Shown: in pieces, positions 28,824-37,200 of the stretch
How the letters are laid out: every line of letters starts with the position of its first letter
Numbering within the stretch: the first letter of the stretch is position 1
Sequence record: MN159079.1
Strand: one strand, 5' to 3'
Length of the DNA: 64,000 nucleotides
Notes under the pieces: generated by a model
Database searches by the model: none
The model's input: only the letters and a program-made list of their open reading frames with translations
What the model was told of the DNA's origin: nothing
Position numbers and translations under genes: made by a program

Positions 28824-29688
28824 GATTACTGACGTGTACTACCTTCCCATTACTCACTCACTTCCCGATTATAGATCCGGCCAAAGACCTTATCGGGATC
28901 AAGAGAGTAATAGGCTGATAGCAAGTACGTGAGGGGTTCCAAACGGAAACCGTCACTTCTACCAACTTCCATGCAGAGCAAGCATGGCGGACCGTTCGAC
29001 TTCGTTATTAAGGTGCTCTCTGAAGTATAGTCCCCTCAGCTACCCGCCGCGGCCTCAGCCGGGGGTTTTTGCTAAGGGCATCAGCCTTATATAACGTCGT
29101 CACTGTACTGGCACTAACGAATAGAACCATCGGCGCACGGTTAGGGTACCTACGTGACTCGCGTCCGTTGGGACGGGAGATGGAACTTCCTTATAAAGGA
29201 AGAAAGGGTTTTGAACCCAGGATGCCCTGATCCATTGTAATAGACCATCGCTTCACTCCTTTCATTAGAACCTAGCATGCCTTTTCGGCCAAAATGGTTC
29301 ATCAGAGTTACTGTATATGGGAACTGTTCCGTGGGTTCAAAAAGGTATCCCGGACAATGACTAAGTAACCACACTCCACCCCATCAGCGCAAGCTAATGT
29401 AAGGTACGTCACTATCCAGGGAATAGGGCCGAGAACACGCTGTCTTTTAGAAGGATCGCTTTTGAGTGGTAAGTTCACTCATCTACTGCCAACCGACTTC
29501 CCCGTAGGGCTTCGTCTTAACTAACGTGTCTCGGTGATTCGTACTAGTATCTATCTGGTATGTTTGACACCTTGGGTATCATGGCAAACAGCCTAGGATT
29601 AACCTATGTACAAATATAGTTGAGAGTGTAAGTAAGAAACACGGTAACAGGAGGCGGAGAAACCGTATGAATACACTTACACCCTCAA
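28824..29688 (-). ncRNA. candidate large structured ncRNA (~850 nt)
   Basis: ORF-poor, with many nested and long-range helices; lies between the tRNA cluster and a terminator (see findings). Confidence 0.55.
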
Positions 29689-29692
29689 AGGG

Positions 29693-29768
29693 TGAGAACT
29701 CCTGGAATCGAACCAGGGCAATCCCGCGATGGGTTGTGCGGGCGACTTTCCTTTCGTCTTCAGTTCTC
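29693..29768 (-). ncRNA. tRNA-like RNA with non-canonical 10-nt anticodon loop
   Basis: Acceptor GAGAACT/AGTTCTC, T-arm CCTGG-TTCGATT-CCAGG, D-arm GAC/GTC, stem CCCGC/GCGGG with loop ACAACCCATC; no encoded CCA. Confidence 0.7.
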
Positions 29769-29770
29769 GT

Positions 29771-30034
29771 TTACAGTTCGATGTCGAAAGACATCACTTC
29801 TTGTTCTTCGGTCAACTTGGTGTTAAGATCGTCAAAGCCACCAACGTGTTCATCATCCAGGAAGATCTGGGGAACTGTTGTGACTTGTCGACCACACAAT
29901 TGACTGAGTTGTGTTGTGTCGATTCCGGAAGACTTGATATCAATATATTCGAACGCGATACCTTTATCTTCGAGAAGCTCTTTTGCCTTTACACAGTAAG
30001 GGCAATTATCCTTTCCATAAACTTTGGCTTTCAT
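29771..30034 (-). CDS. grx: glutaredoxin
   Basis: CPYC active site, TVPQIF, VGGFDDL. Confidence 0.92.
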   Translation of the reverse strand: MKAKVYGKDNCPYCVKAKELLEDKGIAFEYIDIKSSGIDTTQLSQLCGRQVTTVPQIFLDDEHVGGFDDLNTKLTEEQEVMSFDIEL

Positions 30035-30058
30035 GGTGTTTCTCTACGGACTTAAAAA

Positions 30059-30134
30059 TGGCAGGCAAGCAAGGATTCGAACCTTGGACATCTGGTTTTG
30101 GAGACCAGCGCTCTACCAACTGAGCTACTCACCT
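30059..30134 (-). tRNA. tRNA-Trp (CCA)
   Basis: 76-nt cloverleaf; anticodon arm CTGGT-CTCCAAA-ACCAG; encoded 3' CCA. Confidence 0.95.
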
Positions 30135-30322
30135 GTAATACGAATTCACATTACTACACACTCGCCGTTCTTCCTAGTTTCCGTTCCGAACGTTCCACGG
30201 TTCACCGTCACCATATACTTTATCCATTCGGACGCCATCTGTGGCTATCAAGTACTTAGGTCCATATTGGTTATGTCTGTTGACACCCGTGTGTAAACCA
30301 GATTAATCTGGGGTGAAAAATA

Positions 30323-30399
30323 TGGCAGGGATAACGGGGCTCGAACCCGCGACCTCCGGCGTGACAGGCCGGCACTCTAACCATCTGAGCTACATCCCT
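30323..30399 (-). tRNA. tRNA-Asp (GTC)
   Basis: 77-nt cloverleaf; loop CTGTCAC; encoded CCA. Confidence 0.95.
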
Positions 30400-30405
30400 A
30401 AAATG

Positions 30406-30504
30406 TTTACCCATCACATGTTTTTACATCGTAGGCGGCTGTGGATCTCAGGTATCTACCGAAGTAGCCTGACCAGATAACCCCGAAACCACATGACAGG
30501 TAAA
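30406..30504 (-). ncRNA. candidate structured RNA between tRNA-Asn and tRNA-Asp
   Basis: 14-bp closing helix with G-U wobbles only on the minus strand; internal CTAC-TTCG-GTAG tetraloop hairpin. Confidence 0.5.
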
Positions 30505-30505
30505 T

Positions 30506-30581
30506 TGGCGGTTCCTGCTGGACTTGAACCAGCGACATATGCATTAACAGTGCACCGTTCTACCTACTGAACTAAGGAACC
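30506..30581 (-). tRNA. tRNA-Asn (GTT)
   Basis: 76-nt cloverleaf; loop CTGTTAA; encoded CCA. Confidence 0.95.
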
Positions 30582-30587
30582 TGAATA

Positions 30588-30732
<145 letters not shown>

Positions 30733-30765
30733 GATGTCGTACCAAGGGTACGACGTACTGGACTT

Positions 30766-30966
30766 TCAACCAGCATTAAAAGAACCTAAGATCAAACCAC
30801 GGACATTGCCTATGGTTCGACCAATCAAAGTGACTTCGATGCGATCAATAGGCAAATAACCATTCGCCAGATCAATCGCTTCCGATAAGTCGACAGCCGC
30901 GATAACCACTGCGTCGTACTCGTCATAGTCCCAATCATCGGTTCTTTCAACTTTATAGATGTTCAT
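30766..30966 (-). CDS. small acidic protein (R-x-D-x-x-x-Y-D-E-Y family)
   Basis: 66 aa with GGAG RBS; paralogous to 56117 and 56405. Confidence 0.8.
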   Translation of the reverse strand: MNIYKVERTDDWDYDEYDAVVIAAVDLSEAIDLANGYLPIDRIEVTLIGRTIGNVRGLILGSFNAG

Positions 30967-31036
30967 ATCGACAGTCTCCGTTGTTAGCGATTTGGCTTTT
31001 CAACGTACTACCAGCAATATCGAACATCTTGCATAA

Positions 31037-31181
31037 CAATGAGTTTCCCAGAGTTTGACATTTTCTATCCATCATGGTCCCCGAGACCGGATTTCGGGAC
31101 GCGCCGGTGCTACTTCGATTCTAGACCGAAGTGTAATGGTGTTTTTTACGATTCGGGGGTTTCTGTCAAACCACTTCATTG
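31037..31181 (-). ncRNA. structured RNA, tandem copy A
   Basis: Same terminal motifs and loops as copy B, with different but still complementary stems. Confidence 0.7.
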
Positions 31182-31190
31182 TTTATTTAT

Positions 31191-31329
31191 CAATGAGTTT
31201 CCCAGGGTGTAGAGTATTTTATCCGCTGCGGGCAGGCCAGGTGGGTCTTCGGGACGCACCCACAGTTGGCTCAAGAGAGCTGCCTTGTGTTTTGGCGACT
31301 GGCCTTTATTTCTCTACACTACTTCATTG
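31191..31329 (-). ncRNA. structured RNA, tandem copy B
   Basis: See copy A; 9-nt spacer between the copies. Confidence 0.7.
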
Positions 31330-32077
31330 AAAGGTGTTAGCTGTTTCTCTCTTGGAGCCCAGCATCGTCACCAGGATAAAACCTTTGTGTGACAACACTC
31401 AATTAACACCTATATCATTGTGACACCTTCTCGGTGTGATACATAGTCGATCACCGCATTGGTTAGATCCCTGATGGACGACTGGACGCTGCGTATAGCA
31501 GTGTTTGTCTCCTAGGTGGGTATCGCCAGCACCGTGTCGGCTATAGGATGTGATCACACGAGGAAACCAGAGGGATGTCCAACCCTTTTCAGTTACATGT
31601 GATCACGAAAGCTGTTGTTAACAAAGTATAATAACTTGTTGTTACTAAATACTTTTCAATTGGCTCTCTTTGAAAGCTAATAGAAAAGAGGTCTTCACAA
31701 ACCGTATGGAAGACCTTTGAAAAATGTAAAGGATTAACAATGAAAAATAAACCAACCATACACGAAAGCCAACACCAATGACCTTCTATATAAACTCTCT
31801 TTGAAGAGCATATATAGAAAGGGGGTAGGAAGACTACCCCGCGGGTAAAAGCAATAACCCAAGAACGTGCAGATATTGAAAGCGGGAGCTTTCTTGATAA
31901 TGACTCTTGGGGGAATCAGTATTAAGAAAGCAAGGGATAAAGCTGCGCACAAAATCCCTTTGCTTGTATTACGTAGGAGTTTATTCAATGGCTTCGTTTT
32001 GACCACTGTCGCGTTCAGTAATCAAAAGGAAGCATTTTTGTACATATAATAACAGACACCCATAACTTTTCAGGTAG

Positions 32078-32093
32078 ATATTATCTACATGAG
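32078..32093 (+). promoter_or_regulatory. putative phage early promoter
   Basis: ATATTATCTACATGAG, a weaker motif variant at the head of the plus-strand cluster. Confidence 0.4.
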
Positions 32094-32182
32094 AAACCCG
32101 TTGGTATCTTAATTGTATGGTACAACTGTGTGGGATTTCCTACACTATATGATTACCTCTATCATCATAAGGAAACAGAGTT

Positions 32183-32890
32183 ATGACTTTGGCTCGTGCT
32201 TTTATCGAACGTATTATCGTTCAGATCATTCTCGCCTTCATGGCGGCAAACTGGCGGAAGATGAACGAACACATCGTCATCGCCCGCGCTTCTGGTATTT
32301 CCCAAGGGATCAAAACCAAGTACCTGGGCGACTGGGGTCCGATCAGTGTCTGGCTGTCTCTCGATGGCCGGGCGTGGTCCATTTGCATCGGTACCGCGAC
32401 CAACTTTATTACTTCCCGACTCACCAACGGTAACTGGGCGTTCAACCGCTCGGTAGTGGAGAACCTCTACAACCAATTTGAAGAGCGGCGTACCGAACCT
32501 CAGTTCGCTGACCTCGATACACTCCGACTCTCTATCGATTCGTTGCTTCTGGAACTTCCGATCGTTGCCAAGCTGGGTGATCGTATCATGGGTAATACAA
32601 TCCGGGTTCTTCCCCAGCTCAACATGTCTGGTGAGTACGCCAGGGAATTGTCGAAGTTGATCTCTGTGGTATTCAATGGTAAAGTCGGTCTCCGCGGCAA
32701 GCCCTCTGGAACAATGAGCCTGGGTATCAGCCGTCTCGAACTGGGTGACGGCGTAGTCACCGGCTCGATGGTCCACCACTTCCGTGACTACTCCATGCCC
32801 TGGGAAGGGAATGCAGTGAACCGTGCTGAGGCACGTGACGCTCTGGTCGAGGCGTTTGTATACGCTATGACCAAACCTGAACTGAAGTAA
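32183..32890 (+). CDS. hypothetical protein
   Basis: 235 aa with AAGGA RBS; terminator 32896-32923. Confidence 0.85.
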   Translation: MTLARAFIERIIVQIILAFMAANWRKMNEHIVIARASGISQGIKTKYLGDWGPISVWLSLDGRAWSICIGTATNFITSRLTNGNWAFNRSVVENLYNQFEERRTEPQFADLDTLRLSIDSLLLELPIVAKLGDRIMGNTIRVLPQLNMSGEYARELSKLISVVFNGKVGLRGKPSGTMSLGISRLELGDGVVTGSMVHHFRDYSMPWEGNAVNRAEARDALVEAFVYAMTKPELK

Positions 32891-32947
32891 TCGTAACGGG
32901 GAGATCCTTCGGGGTCTCTCCGTTTATGTTTGTTAAGGGGAATATTG

Positions 32948-33658
32948 ATGACTAAAAACTATACTGAAGAACAGAAGCTCAGAACTTTGGAACTCGCCGA
33001 ATTACTCAATTTTGTCCAGCTTGATAATGGCGAGCTTTTCAAAGCGATGTTCGATAACATAGTGAATGGAGGGACTAAAGAGTCGCTCATCATTAATGAT
33101 TTCGTGATCAAGATGACTCGTTATAAAGGGATCTGGTTCACCTTGATTAATACCGGTGCTCGTCTGGGTGACCGGTGTATTGGTAAAACCGAAACTCTTT
33201 TTCATGTGGAGTTCAAGGATCGTAACTTGATTCCTGATTATCTCAGATGTGTCAGGAAGATACTCAGGGCGACATATTCCCATGTCTATCGTGAGGCTTA
33301 CAGCGATGCAATGGAAGAGATTCGGAAAATGAAATCTCGTCCTACCATCAGTCAACGCTTCAGACTGGCTTGGTTAAAAGCAGCACCTATTGATGTAATC
33401 TACGCCAAAGGTTATCTCAAAAAGTTGCTGAAGTTTTACGTCTGTTACTCAATGGTCGAAAACATGGGTAAGCGTTCTATCCCCGCGATAACTGTGTCGA
33501 AGCCACGTCCAGAACACTGGGACGAAAACATTTTCGGTATTGCGGGTTTTAATCAACCCGGTAATGTACTGACGGATAAGGGTGATCCTAATAAGGGCAC
33601 CAAACCGTCACCTTTAACTTTGATGGTGAGGTTGTTCGATTCTCACTACGGATTTTAA
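32948..33658 (+). CDS. hypothetical protein
   Basis: ATG 32948 after GGGG RBS (track start 32930). Confidence 0.8.
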   Translation: MTKNYTEEQKLRTLELAELLNFVQLDNGELFKAMFDNIVNGGTKESLIINDFVIKMTRYKGIWFTLINTGARLGDRCIGKTETLFHVEFKDRNLIPDYLRCVRKILRATYSHVYREAYSDAMEEIRKMKSRPTISQRFRLAWLKAAPIDVIYAKGYLKKLLKFYVCYSMVENMGKRSIPAITVSKPRPEHWDENIFGIAGFNQPGNVLTDKGDPNKGTKPSPLTLMVRLFDSHYGF

Positions 33659-33675
33659 CGCAAGAGGAAATAACA

Positions 33676-34461
33676 ATGGAAACTCTGAACCATAAAGCAC
33701 TCATTTGGGAACCCAATTTCAATACCTACTGTTTGGGAAGTGTCGATGCTTCTCATACTTACTACGAAGATGTGCTCATTGCGGCATTTGTTCGTCATGT
33801 GCGTAAAGACATCCAGGGTTACAACAAACACATCACCGATCTTCTCAAGTCGCTCAATCAACCTAAGGGTGGGTTGGGGATCACCATCTTTGGTGACGAT
33901 CGGAACTATTTCTCGATCCATCGGGATCGGGTTAATCGTTTCACGCTGGTCTTCAAGGATAGTTACTTCGAAGAAACTGTCTGGAGACTGGGTAGTAAGG
34001 CAGAGCTCTTCAATGAAGAGATCCTGGATACCATTCTCGCTGACAGGGAGATCAATCTCTTTGAACTTCTGGCGTCGACTAAGGCGTTGTTGACAGCTCG
34101 GAATTTCTCTGAAGGTTTCGATCAACTCAAACGCCCTAAGTGGTACAAACGTCTCAAAGGTGATGTGATCACTCATGAGCTTGAGGGTGCTTCTTGTGGC
34201 GGACTCTTCAAGGTAGTGGTGCGTCAGGTCCATCCATTGCTGGATGATACCCAGAACGTTATCGAAGTTCACATGAAGCATGATGTTTTCACAGCTTCGA
34301 CCGATCTCATCAAGGGAGGTAATGCTCGTTACACTTCCTCTCCTATTCTCGGTGAACTCACTGAAGAGATCCTCAACCAGACTATAGCTAGGATTCAAGC
34401 ACCGATGTTGGTGGGAACTCCTTTCTTGTCAGGTCTGGCTGCTGACTTTGATTACGATTAA
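33676..34461 (+). CDS. hypothetical protein
   Basis: 261 aa with GAGGA RBS; UUCG hairpin terminator 34467-34484. Confidence 0.85.
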   Translation: METLNHKALIWEPNFNTYCLGSVDASHTYYEDVLIAAFVRHVRKDIQGYNKHITDLLKSLNQPKGGLGITIFGDDRNYFSIHRDRVNRFTLVFKDSYFEETVWRLGSKAELFNEEILDTILADREINLFELLASTKALLTARNFSEGFDQLKRPKWYKRLKGDVITHELEGASCGGLFKVVVRQVHPLLDDTQNVIEVHMKHDVFTASTDLIKGGNARYTSSPILGELTEEILNQTIARIQAPMLVGTPFLSGLAADFDYD

Positions 34462-34688
34462 TTTAAGGGGGTCTTCGGACCCCTAATCTTTTTTATTTAA
34501 CTGGCCATGTTTTTATATGTATAAGAACGAAATTCCATTCTTAGCAGATCCTTAGGGAATGGGGTGGGGGGCTTTACTCAGTTGACCGGTTAGGTCCAGT
34601 TGAAACAATTACTATAAATAGCGTTATGAACGAAGTGAATAACAGCTACTAATCTTTAATCAGTAGTCTTTATCTTTAAGGAGGGATT

Positions 34689-35039
34689 ATGAGTGAAAAG
34701 TATATCACTCCTAAGCAATTAGAAATTATAGAGAAATCTAGATTTCATAAACTCAATCAAGAAGACTTGATCAAGTTAGGTTGTAATTACGAAGGGGAAT
34801 TAGATCTACGAGACATTTCAGTAAGAATGATGGAATGGCGTAAAGAACATAACAATGAGATACCTCCTCACTATCTCTGGTTATCGATAGAAGCTTCTCA
34901 AGAAGCACAGGTTCAGATTTATTATTCATGTGGCGGGATTAATCCCAGTAAACGTAAACCGAAAACAACCACTCCATGGGCGTTGATCATTATGATGGTG
35001 CTCTGGTCGATTGGTATGATTATAGGTGGTATGAAATAA
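34689..35039 (+). CDS. protein with C-terminal membrane anchor
   Basis: 116 aa with AGGAG RBS, C-terminal TM helix and AT-rich codons. Confidence 0.8.
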   Translation: MSEKYITPKQLEIIEKSRFHKLNQEDLIKLGCNYEGELDLRDISVRMMEWRKEHNNEIPPHYLWLSIEASQEAQVQIYYSCGGINPSKRKPKTTTPWALIIMMVLWSIGMIIGGMK

Positions 35040-35049
35040 GGAGAAGGGT

Positions 35050-35157
35050 ATGAAACCTGAAGAAACTAAAGCTGAAGAATGCCGTGTATTGCTGTGGGCC
35101 GGTATCCTGGGTGTTGTCGGTTGTGCAGTGTTTACCTATTTCCGTTGGTTCTACTAG
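35050..35157 (+). CDS. small membrane peptide (35 aa)
   Basis: AGGAG RBS; MKPEETKAEECRVLLWAGILGVVGCAVFTYFRWFY. Confidence 0.6.
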   Translation: MKPEETKAEECRVLLWAGILGVVGCAVFTYFRWFY

Positions 35158-35165
35158 GAGTTGTT

Positions 35166-35660
35166 ATGAGAATTATTGACACTGCAATATCGCTTCACCT
35201 GGCCGCAAAACAATTCGCCAATACCAGGGTTTCTGTTGGTATGTGTGAACTGGATCTCCGGATGGAATTTCCGGTGAACGAGAATTGTAAAGTTAAGGTC
35301 CACTTCTTTAAGGGAAGTGTGGAACGGACAGTTCACGTAGGGATCTACAATGGTGATGGCGTGTTGGAAGAAGGTTACAACGAAACAGTGACAATCCTCA
35401 CTGAACGTGATCTCAAAGCAGTCATCGAAACGGCAATCTGTTCCTGGATGGTTTATAAGCTCGACTGCATGATCGAGAAAGGGATCCTGAAGAAGAACAC
35501 GCTCAAACCGTTCGACATTTGTAAGGACCCGATCTACGAAACCATGAAGCGTTGCTATGCAGGTCCTGATGACCTGGAAGATCGAATTAATGAATGGAAC
35601 AAATTGGGGTTGAACAAAACCCTGATGGAGATTCTGGAACTGACACACGACGATGTGTAA
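35166..35660 (+). CDS. hypothetical protein
   Basis: ATG 35166 after AGGAG (track start 35079). Confidence 0.8.
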   Translation: MRIIDTAISLHLAAKQFANTRVSVGMCELDLRMEFPVNENCKVKVHFFKGSVERTVHVGIYNGDGVLEEGYNETVTILTERDLKAVIETAICSWMVYKLDCMIEKGILKKNTLKPFDICKDPIYETMKRCYAGPDDLEDRINEWNKLGLNKTLMEILELTHDDV

Positions 35661-35671
35661 GGAGATGTGGT

Positions 35672-35941
35672 TTGCGGACATTAAGAAAAGAAACATCTGA
35701 TCATATTAAAGCTGGTTTGGATAAGGCCGATCACGGTCACGATTATCACTTCCAGATCATGGGACACCAGTGGCGCTTGAAGAAGTGGTTTGGTGAGATC
35801 AGACTTTGTAAAGTAGCAACCAACCCGTCTGGGATGGAAATCACTTCATTCGCTTGCTACTCTGGTAAGGGGTACAAGCAGTATCGGGAAAATGTTATTT
35901 CCGGTTTCACTAACCATGTAGCACGAATTCAAGGATTCTAA
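35672..35941 (+). CDS. hypothetical protein
   Basis: TTG start 7 nt after AAGGAG (track start 35594). Confidence 0.6.
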   Translation: MRTLRKETSDHIKAGLDKADHGHDYHFQIMGHQWRLKKWFGEIRLCKVATNPSGMEITSFACYSGKGYKQYRENVISGFTNHVARIQGF

Positions 35942-35942
35942 C

Positions 35943-36482
35943 ATGATGAAAGATATGAACACTGGGTGGGTCCACGGACTCACCGAATTCGCTGATGCGG
36001 TTAAACGCATTCACAGTCGCGTCCACTACTATCCGATTCAGAAGTTTCACGAGTGTGTTACTGACTTCGGTAGTAAAGTTGTTTTCGACACTTTGATCGG
36101 GATCGATCTGATTTTCAAGTACGAGAATCGTAACGATCAGTACTACATCGATGTAAGCTATCGTTGTGGTCGATCCAAAACTGAGCTCTTCCTCTGTACT
36201 GTTCATTGGAAACCGATGTACACCAAGAAGATGATCATGTCGTCCGTAATCAAGGCCATGGCAAAGGTCATGTGGGATCGGATGTACGCCCAGAGAACAC
36301 TCTCACTCAAAGAGGGTGCTATCGACGTCAGGACGTTGCTTGAAACTCCTGATCTGGATAAAGACATCAAGCAAGTGGTGATCATTGAATCCCAAAAGAG
36401 GTTCACTGATTACTCAATGATGGCACTTCGCTATCACACCGACTTCACCCCACTTTCCAGCCAGCCGGTGTTTATCGGTTAA
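35943..36482 (+). CDS. hypothetical protein
   Basis: 179 aa, packed in the operon. Confidence 0.8.
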   Translation: MMKDMNTGWVHGLTEFADAVKRIHSRVHYYPIQKFHECVTDFGSKVVFDTLIGIDLIFKYENRNDQYYIDVSYRCGRSKTELFLCTVHWKPMYTKKMIMSSVIKAMAKVMWDRMYAQRTLSLKEGAIDVRTLLETPDLDKDIKQVVIIESQKRFTDYSMMALRYHTDFTPLSSQPVFIG

Positions 36483-36488
36483 GGAGAA

Positions 36489-36854
36489 ATGATGGTTAAA
36501 CGTTTCTTTCAAGTTATCTTTGGGCTTTGTATGCTTTCCATTGGACTGATGTCAGGTACCAAGCTGTGGTTCATTTACAAAGATGCGACTGTACCAACCA
36601 CTTATACCGTTGTCGAGTGTTACTACGATAGCGACTATAAGTGTGACTATCGTAAACCGAATGGGCGGTACATGACTGAGATCTATGGTCGTCAAGTCTG
36701 GAAAGATGCTAAAGTCCTGGAAGGTAAACAAGTCACGATGACAACTCCAGTTAATGGTACTGACATTGTCTTGGGAGGTGCCATGGCTATCTTCTTCACG
36801 GTGTTAGGTTGCTATTGCATCTATGCTGCTTTCAAAAGAGAAGGTGAATCTTAA
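36489..36854 (+). CDS. two-TM membrane protein
   Basis: N- and C-terminal TM helices flanking a Cys-pair loop; AAGGAG RBS. Confidence 0.8.
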   Translation: MMVKRFFQVIFGLCMLSIGLMSGTKLWFIYKDATVPTTYTVVECYYDSDYKCDYRKPNGRYMTEIYGRQVWKDAKVLEGKQVTMTTPVNGTDIVLGGAMAIFFTVLGCYCIYAAFKREGES

Positions 36855-37200
36855 ACTAGAAATATATATATATATTATGTCTCAAGTTTTCATCTTCTCT
36901 TCATTTTCTTCTTAATCTCTTATCTACTGAATCATACTTTTGATTTGGTTTATGGGGGATAAAGGGGGGCAATGAAGGTCGAAGGGCAATGAAGGTCAAG
37001 GGATCAAAGACCAAAGAAGAAGGCCGGGCGAAGCCCTATTTATCTTAATTAATAGTGAAACTAGAAATAGAGATGAAGATAAGGATACTAGAGAGAACTG
37101 TTTATAGTGATCGACAGTATGCTTGGAAGGGGGTCCGGGGGAAACCAATTTGAAAACTAATTACTAACTCACCTGGGTATATCCTGGGTGGGTTAGGGTT

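Noticed and set aside
29023-29033. AAGTATAGTCC resembles the group I intron S element
   Set aside because: It lies on the strand opposite the RNA operon, with no convincing R element, P8 hairpin or flanking exons
29150-29374. 74-aa minus-strand ORF, and plus-strand ORFs 29667-29903, 29729-30055, 30024-30296 and 31055-31330
   Set aside because: No RBS, and they overlap tRNAs or structured RNA; treated as chance ORFs
30406-30504. Possible tRNA-associated HDV-like (theta) ribozyme
   Set aside because: No G1-initiated P1 and no UCC-containing L3/P1.1 arrangement could be built
31037-31329. Hammerhead or twister assignment for the tandem RNA (CUG...GAAAC core; GUCCC loop)
   Set aside because: The CUGANGA core and stem II are missing for hammerhead, and the U-A-A cleavage motif is missing for twister; kept only as an unclassified motif
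34554-34571. G-quadruplex
   Set aside because: Four G3 runs are only possible with a zero-length loop; too marginal to call
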